Made by a program: the position numbers and the translations under genes
Shown: in pieces, positions 40,306 through 48,723 of the stretch
Layout: each line of letters begins with the position of its first letter
How positions within the stretch are numbered: the first letter of the stretch is position 1
The notes under the pieces: model-generated
What the model was told of the DNA's origin: nothing
What the model saw: only the letters and a program-made list of their open reading frames with translations
The model's database searches: none
NCBI GenBank assembly: GCA_036386115.1
Contig: DASVJA010000194.1
Span: 1 to 60,789, forward strand
From: Candidatus Limnocylindrales bacterium
Lineage (GTDB): Bacteria > Chloroflexota > Limnocylindria > Limnocylindrales > CSP1-4
Direction: 5' to 3'
Length of the DNA stretch: 60,789 nt

Positions 40306-43248
40306 ATGCACCGCAAACGCCTTATCTCATCCGGCAAAGACCAACTGCTCAACCTCGCCGCCTTGAGGAACCACGCCGAGTCCCTGGGGCCGGCGTCATC
40401 GGCCGATGCCCACGACATCGCGGTTCACCAAGCCGCGACCAAGACGCTGGCCGCAACTCGGGCCCGCAGCGAAGCCCTGCTGGCCGCGATCCCGGACCAG
40501 ATCCTGAGATTCGATCGGGCCGGCAGATACCTTGGCTCAGCCGGCAAAATTTCGCCTGGGACTGCATGGACGGACGAAGTACTGGGAAAGACCGTCGGAG
40601 AAATTCTTCCCCCGGCACTTGCCCGTCAGTGCCAGGAATCCCTGGACGTCACGTTCGCAAATGGCGGCGTGAACCAGATCTCATACTCAAACGCGCGTCC
40701 GGACGGCCTCCACTACTTTGAAACGAGAGTTTCCTTCGTCGCAGATGATGAGTGCCTGGCAGTCGTTCGCGACGTGACCGATGCCAGCGCAGCTGCGGCC
40801 CATATTCAGCGGCTCGTGCAGATCCTCGACGCCATGCCGGACGCCGTCTGTCTTCTTGAGATCAACGGACCGGTCCAGTATTCGAACGCGGCATTTCGCA
40901 CGTTTATGGGTCAGACCGTCGGCGAGCCGACGCAGATGTCCGACATCGTGAACCGCTTCCCGGAGATGCGACCTCGCTTCCGCAGTATGGTCATCCCTCA
41001 GGCAGTACAGCATGGCTACTGGCGAGGCGACCTCGAATTCTCCCTCGGCGACACGAGCATTCCGCTTTCCACGACAGTCATCGCTCATCGGCGCCCGGGC
41101 GAGGCCCCGACCCATGTGAGCATCATCGGCCGGGATATTCGCAAACGTCAGCAGAACGAGAAGAGACTCATCGATGCGGCCGAGGCAGCGGAGGCCGCAA
41201 GCAAGGCCAAGGGCGAGTTCCTGGCCACCATGAGCCACGAGATCCGCACGCCGATGAACGGTGTGATTGGGGCCGTGGAGCTCCTCATGGGCTCGGAACT
41301 GACGGACGAACAGCGCGACCTCGCCTCCACGCTTCGCGACTCGAGCGAAGCCCTGCTGGTCATCATCAACGACATCCTGGACTTCTCCAAGATCGAGGCC
41401 GGCTCACTCGAACTGGAGTCAATTCCTTTTGATCTCCGTTCGGCCATCGACGGCGTTTGCCAGGTCCTCGGAAGCGCCGCGATTCACAAGGGCCTGCAGT
41501 TGCTCGTTGACGTCGATGAGGGGGTGCCTTCGCATCTGATGGGCGACCCGGCCCGCCTCAAGCAGGTTCTGATCAACCTGGTGGGGAACGCTATCAAGTT
41601 CACCGCGAGCGGCGAAGTCGTCGTCCGCGCCTCCCGTACCGATGAGGTCACCGACGATAGCGCCGCCATTCGCTTCGAAGTCAGCGACACAGGCATGGGC
41701 ATCTCCCAGGAGGCGCAGGCCCGGCTCTTCCAGTCCTTCACCCAGGTTGACAGTTCGATGAGCCGCCGCTTCGGCGGGACGGGTCTGGGGTTGGCTATCA
41801 GCCGCAGATTGGTTGCGCTCATGGGCGGAGAGTTGAGCGTGGACAGCCGTGTGGGGATGGGCAGCACCTTCTGGTTCAGGGCCAGGTTCCACAGAGATCC
41901 GTCTGCCGTGCTGCCGGCCGGGGATAGGCCGCTCAACGATATGCGTATCCTTCTCCTCGACGACAAGCCCACAAGCCACAGCATCCTCGTCGAGCAGCTG
42001 CACGGCTGGGGCATCTGTGTTACCGCGGAGGCGAACGTGGCGGCTACTCGGCTTGCCCTGCGGAACGCTCGCCGGTCGGGTCAGCCCTTTGCTTGCCTGC
42101 TGGTGGACGACCCCGTGGCCGGCCTGTCCGGCGAAGTGATGGCCGCCCAATTCGATCCCGCCGCGGACCTGATGGGAACCGCGGTCATCGTCCTCGGCAG
42201 ATCGGTCGTGGTCGGCGAGCAACCGGCGCAGGTACCGTCGGGAACCATCCGCCTCTCAAAACCGGTCAGGGCAAGCGCGTTGCTCGACTGCCTCGTGCAT
42301 CTGCTCATGCCGTCGGAGACCGACATTGCGTCCGGCCCCGCCGCGGCGCCGGACGTTTGCTTGCGGCCGGACGCACGGATCCTTCTGGTTGAGGACAACG
42401 AAATCAACAGGAAGATCGCCTGCGCGATCCTGAACCGTCTCGGGTACTCGCCGGATGTGGCGGTCGATGGCTTCGAGGCGATCCGGATCGCGTCCCAGAT
42501 TCCCTACGACCTGATCCTCATGGATTGCCAGATGCCCGGGATGGACGGCTTCGAGGCCACTCGGAAGCTGCGGGCCCTGGAGGATGGCAAGAGCCACGTT
42601 GCCATCGTTGCTCTGACGGCGAACGCGACCGCGGCCGATCGCGATTTCTGTCTGGCGGCGGGGATGGACGACTATCTGTCCAAGCCAGTCCGATCGGCAG
42701 CCCTACGCGAGACTATGACTCGCTGGCTTGCCGATCTCGAGTCGTCCGGCGGCGCCCGGCCCGTGTACGGCGTCGACAGGGCGGTCTCGATGCCACAGGC
42801 TTCCTCCAAGGTGCTTTCCGCCGGAGAGCTGCCTCTTCTCAATCTGGACGCAATGGCCGAGATTCGGTCCTTGAACTTGGACGACGGAGAGGACATGCTG
42901 GCGCCTCTGGTGGATCTGTTCATCGAACAGGCCACCAAGCAGGTATCGGCGATCGAAATGGCCATCCAGAAACAGGACGCAAATGAGCTCGGCAGCGTTG
43001 CCCACGCGCTCAAAGGCGCGGCGCGCAACGTGGGGGCCTTCGCCGTAGGCGAGGTCGCCGCCGAGCTGGAGCAGCGAGGGAAGTCCGGCTCCGCAACGGA
43101 GACCGGGCTCGCGGTCCAACTCGAGGCCACTCTGGTGAAGACCCGGTCCGCCTACCTTGCCGAGCGAATCAAGCACTCAGAGGACCTGGCGGCGCTTCCT
43201 GCCGGCCAATCGGCCGCCGGAGCGAACGGCAGAGTGGAGGCCGCATGA
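40306..43248 (+). CDS. Cytoplasmic hybrid sensor histidine kinase (PAS-PAS-HisKA-HATPase-pseudoREC-REC-Hpt)
   Basis: H-box SHEIRTPMNGV, G-box GGTGLGLAIS, REC DLILMDCQMPGMDG, Hpt SVAHALKGAARNVGA. No TM helices. Confidence 0.9.
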   Translation: MHRKRLISSGKDQLLNLAALRNHAESLGPASSADAHDIAVHQAATKTLAATRARSEALLAAIPDQILRFDRAGRYLGSAGKISPGTAWTDEVLGKTVGEILPPALARQCQESLDVTFANGGVNQISYSNARPDGLHYFETRVSFVADDECLAVVRDVTDASAAAAHIQRLVQILDAMPDAVCLLEINGPVQYSNAAFRTFMGQTVGEPTQMSDIVNRFPEMRPRFRSMVIPQAVQHGYWRGDLEFSLGDTSIPLSTTVIAHRRPGEAPTHVSIIGRDIRKRQQNEKRLIDAAEAAEAASKAKGEFLATMSHEIRTPMNGVIGAVELLMGSELTDEQRDLASTLRDSSEALLVIINDILDFSKIEAGSLELESIPFDLRSAIDGVCQVLGSAAIHKGLQLLVDVDEGVPSHLMGDPARLKQVLINLVGNAIKFTASGEVVVRASRTDEVTDDSAAIRFEVSDTGMGISQEAQARLFQSFTQVDSSMSRRFGGTGLGLAISRRLVALMGGELSVDSRVGMGSTFWFRARFHRDPSAVLPAGDRPLNDMRILLLDDKPTSHSILVEQLHGWGICVTAEANVAATRLALRNARRSGQPFACLLVDDPVAGLSGEVMAAQFDPAADLMGTAVIVLGRSVVVGEQPAQVPSGTIRLSKPVRASALLDCLVHLLMPSETDIASGPAAAPDVCLRPDARILLVEDNEINRKIACAILNRLGYSPDVAVDGFEAIRIASQIPYDLILMDCQMPGMDGFEATRKLRALEDGKSHVAIVALTANATAADRDFCLAAGMDDYLSKPVRSAALRETMTRWLADLESSGGARPVYGVDRAVSMPQASSKVLSAGELPLLNLDAMAEIRSLNLDDGEDMLAPLVDLFIEQATKQVSAIEMAIQKQDANELGSVAHALKGAARNVGAFAVGEVAAELEQRGKSGSATETGLAVQLEATLVKTRSAYLAERIKHSEDLAALPAGQSAAGANGRVEAA

Positions 43249-43973
43249 GAACCATTCTCGTCGTAGACGACGACCCGGTGTCGGTCCGGCTCGTCGAGAT
43301 GATCGCGGAACGCAACGGCTACGCGTGCGTCCGGGCCTCCAGCGCGGCCGAAGCCCTCGCCTGTCTCGATGGCTCAACGGTCGTCGAGATGGTCATCACG
43401 GACCAGAACATGGACGGGATGACGGGGCTGGAGTTCTTCTCCAAGGTCCGCGCCGACGTCCGATTCCGGCATCTGCCCTTCATCCTGTGCACCGGCCAAG
43501 CAAGTCGGGCAACGGTCGATGAAGCCATGCGACTGGGCATCCGCCACTTCATCGTCAAGCCGATCACGCCCAAGGTCGTGACGGAAAAGGTGGCGGCGGT
43601 CGAAGCCGAACGGCCTCGGGTGATGGACTCCAAGGCGTCGATCATGGCGCGCCTGCTGCTCACGGACCTCGAATACAAGAGCCTCATCGTCACTTCGCGG
43701 CAGCGCATCATCGGCCTTCGAGATGAACTCGATGCAGCCTATAGGGGCGGCGACCGAGTCACCACTCTGATGGTGGCCGGCCGATTTCGAGAGGTGGCGG
43801 GTCTGCTCGGCGCCGCCAGGCTACTTGGCGCCGTGGAGGTGCTGGGCGGCACCCAGACCTGGAACGACACGGAGGAGGCAGTTGCGCTCCTCTTCATGGA
43901 TATCGCCGCGCTTGAGTCTGCGCTGGAGGTTGAGGCCAAGCCGCAGGTGATGGGCCGCCTAATCGGGTATTAG
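43245..43973 (+). CDS. Response regulator: REC domain + about 110-aa helical C-terminal domain
   Basis: ATGA overlap with the kinase stop, GGAGG SD. ILVVDDDP...VITDQNMDGMTG...FIVKP. Confidence 0.85.
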   Translation: MRTILVVDDDPVSVRLVEMIAERNGYACVRASSAAEALACLDGSTVVEMVITDQNMDGMTGLEFFSKVRADVRFRHLPFILCTGQASRATVDEAMRLGIRHFIVKPITPKVVTEKVAAVEAERPRVMDSKASIMARLLLTDLEYKSLIVTSRQRIIGLRDELDAAYRGGDRVTTLMVAGRFREVAGLLGAARLLGAVEVLGGTQTWNDTEEAVALLFMDIAALESALEVEAKPQVMGRLIGY

Positions 43974-43989
43974 GAGCGGAGCCGCGACG

Positions 43990-44775
43990 TCACTCCGCGG
44001 CGCCACTCGCCTTCGGCGCCGCCGTCGACAAATCCACGTGATAGAAGGCCGAGTCACTCGGTAGAACCATGTCCCACGAGCCCTCGGTTTCGATTTCCAC
44101 CTTGACGTTCTGAACCTGGCACGCCAGAACGTGGCCGCCGGCCTTGCGGTCGTCGGTCAGGAAGTGGAGGTGGTAGCCGGCCGCACCCACGCCTGCCATA
44201 TAGCTCGGTAATCGGAAGCCGACCATCACGCCGGAGGCGTTCGAGAAATCAAAGGTGGACTGGATCTTCACGACATCGGCCAGAGGCGGATATGGCTGGG
44301 TCTGCTTGGGGACGCTGCGCGTCTTCAGCGTCGAGAAGACGCCGGTGATCTTGAGGGCATAGGGAACGTTGAGGGACGGCAGCTTGCTGTCCAGGAAGCT
44401 CTGGAAGTGAGCGCAATCCAGTGAATCACTCACCTGGATGGTCTGGTCGGCGGTGAAGTAAGTGACCTCGGCGAAGGGCGCCTTCATGTCGTCGGCGACG
44501 GGATAGGCGACGCCGTCCGACTTGACCTGATAGACCTGATGGTCAACCTCAACCATCTCGCCGTCGAGCGTGTTGAAGGTTCCCAGACCCAGATCGCCAT
44601 GCTGCTTGAGCTCGCCGAAGGTCATATTGCCGTCGTACACGCCGGCCATGAGCGTGCTCAGCGAGGAGTACTGGAAGAGGACGTGGTCCGACTTGGGCGC
44701 CGAAGATTGGCAGCCCACCACTGCGGCGCCGGTGGAGACAACAAGCAGAGCAACAAGAAGGGCTTGCTTCTTCAC
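43990..44775 (-). CDS. budA: Alpha-acetolactate decarboxylase, lipoprotein-type signal peptide
   Basis: LFQYSSLSTLMAGVYDG...GDLGLGTFNTLDGEMV...RSVPKQTQPYPPL...GYHLHFLTDDRKAGGHVL closely follows known ALDC. Lipobox-like VVGC. GTG 44775 with a GAGG SD; the track ORF begins at 44844. Confidence 0.85.
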   Translation of the reverse strand: MKKQALLVALLVVSTGAAVVGCQSSAPKSDHVLFQYSSLSTLMAGVYDGNMTFGELKQHGDLGLGTFNTLDGEMVEVDHQVYQVKSDGVAYPVADDMKAPFAEVTYFTADQTIQVSDSLDCAHFQSFLDSKLPSLNVPYALKITGVFSTLKTRSVPKQTQPYPPLADVVKIQSTFDFSNASGVMVGFRLPSYMAGVGAAGYHLHFLTDDRKAGGHVLACQVQNVKVEIETEGSWDMVLPSDSAFYHVDLSTAAPKASGAAE

Positions 44776-44824
44776 AGGTCCTCGCCTCAGGTGTTGATCG
44801 TGGCCGGATTGGGACGGCGTCGGG

Positions 44825-45313
44825 TTAGCCTTCGAGACCCACATCCCCTGAGAACTCGCGGTTCAGGAACTTCTTGCGGCGGCGCAGCGACTTCTTCGAT
44901 TCGATGGGCCCGAAGCGCTGGATCGCCAGCTCCTCGTCGGTCGTCGCCGACGGGACGACGGTCATCATCGACCAGACTTCGCGTCCGTCCGCCGGCTTGT
45001 CGAAAAGCCGGAAGGAGTCGAGGAATTCCGCGCGGCGCCATACAACCAGCTGGCCGTATGGGTTGACGTGTTCGCCGCGATATCGCTCCGCTTCAACCTC
45101 GGCCTTCTGAAGAGCCTTCTCATGCGAACCGGCGCGCACAATGATCACCCGCTCCTCGACGAGCGTTCCGTCCGGGTCGTAGTCCTCGTCGACAACTCGC
45201 GGGTCGCCGACGATTTCGGATCGGTAGAGGGACTTGACTGCAAACCAGGACTTCTTCGCTGCGCGGGCCTTTTTCACGTCGATTCGCTCCTTTTCTCTTC
45301 TCACCACGATCAT
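44825..45313 (-). CDS. DUF4288-like protein
   Basis: AGGAGG SD 7 nt upstream of ATG 45313. WFAVKSLYRSEIVG...LVEERVIIVRAGSHEKALQKAEVEAERY...REVWS fits my recollection of DUF4288. The rest of the 418-aa track ORF is antisense to the PHP gene. Confidence 0.6.
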   Translation of the reverse strand: MIVVRREKERIDVKKARAAKKSWFAVKSLYRSEIVGDPRVVDEDYDPDGTLVEERVIIVRAGSHEKALQKAEVEAERYRGEHVNPYGQLVVWRRAEFLDSFRLFDKPADGREVWSMMTVVPSATTDEELAIQRFGPIESKKSLRRRKKFLNREFSGDVGLEG

Positions 45314-45352
45314 AGCCGGACCTCCTAACGCCGCCACCCGGATTCCGGCAAG

Positions 45353-46219
45353 ATGGCGTCTATGAGCATCACGCCAAGGCAGGCCGTCGACTTCCCAATC
45401 GATACGCACCTGCACACCGCCTTCTCGCACGACTCCAACGTGCTGCTGGAGTTGTATGCCGCTCAGGCGGCGCAACTGGGCGTGCGCGAGATCGCGATCA
45501 CGGACCACGTGGACTTCATGCCGGGCTCGCCGGGTTACCGCTACTTCGACTACGACGTCCGCCGCAAGGTCATCCACGAAACCGCCGAACGATGGGCGGG
45601 CAAGGTGGCGATCCGCCACGGCGTCGAGTTGACGTATGAGACCAGATATCAGGATGAGATCGCCGAGTACCTGCGCACGCACTCGTTCGACTACTCGATC
45701 GGGTCCGTCCATGCCGTCTCGGATTCGCCCTATGCGCGTGCGCACATCGCTACGTTCGTCTCCGGCAAGACCGTGGCGGAGGCCGTGGCGCCGTACTTTG
45801 CGGAAGTCGAGGCGGCGGCCAGGAGCGGCATGTTCGACACGATCGGCCACCTTGACCAGTGCAAGCGCTGGCTCCGGCCGTGGTTCTCGCCTGCCGATTT
45901 CGCCATGATTCCAGCGTCGTATGAGCCGCTGCTGGTTGCTCTCGTGGAGAGCGGCACTGCCCTGGAAGTGAATTCCTCCGGGCTGCGCTATCCGGAGAAG
46001 GAGACGTATCCGGGGGCGTGGGTCGTGGCCCGCTTCCACGAGCTCGGCGGCGAGCGAGTCACCGTCGGCTCGGACGCGCATATGCCCGAATCGTTTGCCT
46101 TCGGTTTGGAGGAAGCGGCCGAAATCGTGGCCGCGGCCGGCTTCGACCGGCTTTCGCTGGAGCGAGCGTTCGACCGCGGCGACCTGAAGCTGCCGGATCG
46201 GTTCCTGCGGCCAGGCTGA
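45353..46219 (+). CDS. PHP-domain phosphatase (HisJ histidinol-phosphatase family)
   Basis: Metal-binding motifs DTHLHT, ITDHVD, GSVH, GHLD, GSDAH. Confidence 0.8.
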   Translation: MASMSITPRQAVDFPIDTHLHTAFSHDSNVLLELYAAQAAQLGVREIAITDHVDFMPGSPGYRYFDYDVRRKVIHETAERWAGKVAIRHGVELTYETRYQDEIAEYLRTHSFDYSIGSVHAVSDSPYARAHIATFVSGKTVAEAVAPYFAEVEAAARSGMFDTIGHLDQCKRWLRPWFSPADFAMIPASYEPLLVALVESGTALEVNSSGLRYPEKETYPGAWVVARFHELGGERVTVGSDAHMPESFAFGLEEAAEIVAAAGFDRLSLERAFDRGDLKLPDRFLRPG

Positions 46220-46399
46220 GGCGCGGTGAAGTGGTTGCCGCGGAGACGCCGGCGGAGCGGCCCCCGTTTCTGCTCAACGACAGCCCGGCGAACAAAGTGT
46301 GGAGAAGCGGGCGCTTGGTTCGGCCGATTCAGGCCGAATCGCCGGATCAGATCCGCTCCCGGCGACCAATTCCTAGCCGGATGTCGTCTCCAGCCGTCA

Positions 46400-46473
46400 T
46401 TGAGCGGAAACGCTAGTTGGGAGTGGCCCGCTTTCCCGTCCCGTGTTCGCTCCGCCGACGTTGAGTGGAAACC
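46400..46473 (+). repeat. Diverged third copy of the TTGAGCG / TTGAGTGGCCCGC / CGTCC...GACGT module
   Basis: TTGAGCGGAAACGC, TTGGGAGTGGCCCGC, CGTCC-(15 nt)-GACGTTGAGTGGAAACC. About 130 nt upstream of GTG 46602. Confidence 0.4.
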
Positions 46474-46495
46474 GCGCGGGTCGGCGGCGAGGCTT

Positions 46496-46537
46496 AGGCC
46501 GGACTCGCGGCCGAGCTGAGGCCGGACTCGCGGCCGA
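46496..46537. repeat. Exact 19-nt direct repeat x2 (AGGCCGGACTCGCGGCCGA) separated by 4 nt
   Basis: Read directly at 46496-46514 and 46519-46537. Confidence 0.8.
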
Positions 46538-46589
46538 AATTCCCGCCGTACTGACGCCCAGCCGACACCGCCTCCCGCTCCCGCGCGGG

Positions 46590-46595
46590 TAACCT
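46590..46595 (+). promoter_or_regulatory. -10 box TAACCT, 6 nt upstream of GTG 46602 (leaderless arrangement)
   Basis: TAACCT-tgcgac-GTG. No SD. Confidence 0.4.
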
Positions 46596-46601
46596 TGCGA
46601 C

Positions 46602-47387
46602 GTGGAGTTGATCGTCATCGGTGCCGGTCCCGCGTATACCAGCCGCCGCGGCGCGGCCGGTTCGTCGTACCTCCTTCGGTCGGGCTCAGATGCGCTTCTA
46701 CTGGACCTGGGCCACGGTGCGTTTTCTAACCTGGCCTCGGAATTGGAGCCGAGTTCGCTGGAAGGAATCCTGGTCAGCCATCTACATCCGGACCACTTCG
46801 TGGACCTGGTGCCGCTGCGCCACTACCTCAAGTGGGAATTCGATCCGCCTCGAAGGGCGACCGTTCTGGGGCCGGCCGGGCTGGCCGATCGCCTGGACGC
46901 GCTGGACGGTAATCCGGACTTCGCGGCCGCGGCGCTTGATATCAACGAGCTGTCGGAAGGAGTGCAGCGCTTCGGGCCCTTTGAGGTGGAAGCCCGACGC
47001 GTTGCACACACAGCCGAGAGCTATGCGTTCCGGGTTTCGGCGACCGGCGGCTCCGGCTCGACCGGCGGCTCGGGCGCCGATTCGGATACCTGCGCGGGCC
47101 TCGTCTACTCCGGCGATTGCAGCCGCGCCGAAGACCTCCTGGCGTTGATCCGCCCCGGCGACACGCTTCTTTCCGAGGCGTCCTTCGGCGCGGGGCCTAT
47201 CGCCGCAGGCGCCCAGCACATCACTTCCGGCGATGCGGGCCGAATCGCCACAACCGGCGGCGCCGCTCGCCTGCTGATCACGCACGTGCTGGCAGGCCAC
47301 TCGCGGGATGAGAATCTCGCTGCCGCCCGAGCGGAATTCACCGGGCCGGTGCAGTTGGTGACCGAAGGCGACCGCTTCGAGGTCTAG
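46602..47387 (+). CDS. MBL-fold metallo-hydrolase
   Basis: Metal-binding motif VSHLHPDHF plus downstream H/D residues. 261 aa. Confidence 0.8.
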   Translation: MELIVIGAGPAYTSRRGAAGSSYLLRSGSDALLLDLGHGAFSNLASELEPSSLEGILVSHLHPDHFVDLVPLRHYLKWEFDPPRRATVLGPAGLADRLDALDGNPDFAAAALDINELSEGVQRFGPFEVEARRVAHTAESYAFRVSATGGSGSTGGSGADSDTCAGLVYSGDCSRAEDLLALIRPGDTLLSEASFGAGPIAAGAQHITSGDAGRIATTGGAARLLITHVLAGHSRDENLAAARAEFTGPVQLVTEGDRFEV

Positions 47388-47415
47388 CCGCCGACGGATC
47401 GAGCGGCCGGATCGA

Positions 47416-47421
47416 TATGAT
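47416..47421 (+). promoter_or_regulatory. -10 box TATGAT, 6 nt upstream of ATG 47428 (leaderless arrangement)
   Basis: cga-TATGAT-tcccgc-ATG. No SD. Confidence 0.5.
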
Positions 47422-47427
47422 TCCCGC

Positions 47428-48030
47428 ATGAACGACGCCCTCCCCCTCGGTTACCGAATGATCAACGTCCGAACCGTCCACCTCGAAATGCTCCGCAATG
47501 AGGTGCCGGAGGCGCCGGATCTGCCCGAGCCCTGGCAGATCGTCCGCTGGGTCGAGCCACCGCTCGACGAGTACCGCGACCTATTTCGGGCGGTCGGCGG
47601 CGATTGGGGCTGGGCGGGGAGCCTGATGACGCCCGACGCGGAGATGGTCGAGGTTCTCAACGACGATCGAACCGAGGTCTGGCGCCTGGTCGCAAGCGAA
47701 ACCCGGCGGGCTGCCGGCTTCATCCAACTCGACCGCCTCATCCCCGGGGAGGTCGAGATCGTCTATTTCGGCCTGACGCCCGAGTTCATACGCCTTGGCC
47801 TCGGTAGTCTTCTGCTGCGCTGGGCGATCCACCACGCCTGGACATCACCCGTGCCCGGCCCAAATGTGCAGCCGACGAAGCGGCTCTGGCTTCACACCTG
47901 CGACTTCGATTCGCCGGCAGCACTCCCAACCTACAGGAAGGCCGGGTTCCGGATTTTCGAGGAGACGGAGGGACCGGAGGCTTATCCGGAGACGTTCATC
48001 GCGCGGCGCGAATCGGCGTCTGCCGGCTAG
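47428..48030 (+). CDS. GNAT family N-acetyltransferase
   Basis: Acetyl-CoA motif A region (IVYFGLTPEFIRLGLGSLLLRWAI). 200 aa. Confidence 0.8.
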   Translation: MNDALPLGYRMINVRTVHLEMLRNEVPEAPDLPEPWQIVRWVEPPLDEYRDLFRAVGGDWGWAGSLMTPDAEMVEVLNDDRTEVWRLVASETRRAAGFIQLDRLIPGEVEIVYFGLTPEFIRLGLGSLLLRWAIHHAWTSPVPGPNVQPTKRLWLHTCDFDSPAALPTYRKAGFRIFEETEGPEAYPETFIARRESASAG

Positions 48031-48077
48031 GGTCATGCCCGGTGAAATGCCAGCGCCTGGGTCAACCCTAGGCTGAC

Positions 48078-48521
48078 CTACTGTGCAGCGAGCAAGGCCA
48101 GGATCTGGGCAGCCGCTCGCTCGCCGGCCATCCGGGCCGCGTCATTCAGCAGCACTCGCGAATCTCCACCGTAGATTCCCCAGCGCCGCGTGCCCTTGCC
48201 CTGGAACGCACCGAAGGGACCTGCGGGTCCGCCGACCAGCCCGCGGACCTCAAAGATCGCGTGACCGGCCAGCATCGTGAACATCCATCGCAGGCTCCGG
48301 CTGCCGGGATCCGCCCGCACGATCTCGGGTCGGACAACGAGATTTGGGTCGGCCATTCCCGGAAGCGGCATGCGCAGATCCAGCCCAGCCCCGGAGAGGG
48401 TGGCGGCCAGGGCGCGCTCAAAGGAGTCGGCCGCCAGAGACGGATCGAACTGCGTCGGCCGGATCGCCGTCTGCTGCCATGCCACGCGATAGAGCGAGCA
48501 CATCTGACCCCGGTAGTCCAC
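48078..48521 (-). CDS. Hypothetical protein
   Basis: GAGGAGG SD 6 nt upstream of GTG 48521 (TTG 48524 in the track). No family recognised. Confidence 0.55.
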   Translation of the reverse strand: MDYRGQMCSLYRVAWQQTAIRPTQFDPSLAADSFERALAATLSGAGLDLRMPLPGMADPNLVVRPEIVRADPGSRSLRWMFTMLAGHAIFEVRGLVGGPAGPFGAFQGKGTRRWGIYGGDSRVLLNDAARMAGERAAAQILALLAAQ

Positions 48522-48723
48522 CAAGAACCTCCTCGATTCCCCTTCCTTCGGGCCTGGATGGCCTCCGAAGGGACTGGAAGTATCTCAGGACTCACCCGGA
48601 CTGTGGGGCCGCAAACACGGTCCTGACACATCGCCCAGAGTCATTCAAGATGTGGTCTGCGCAGGAACATGACCGCACGGGCCGCCGAGCCCGGACCAGA
48701 TCCAAACTCGAAGGAGAAGCGCA

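Noticed and set aside
45314-46081. Upstream 256 codons of the 418-aa minus-strand ORF 44825..46081.
   Set aside because: This part is antisense to the well-supported PHP phosphatase gene. An AGGAGG SD and a sensible DUF4288-like sequence start at ATG 45313.
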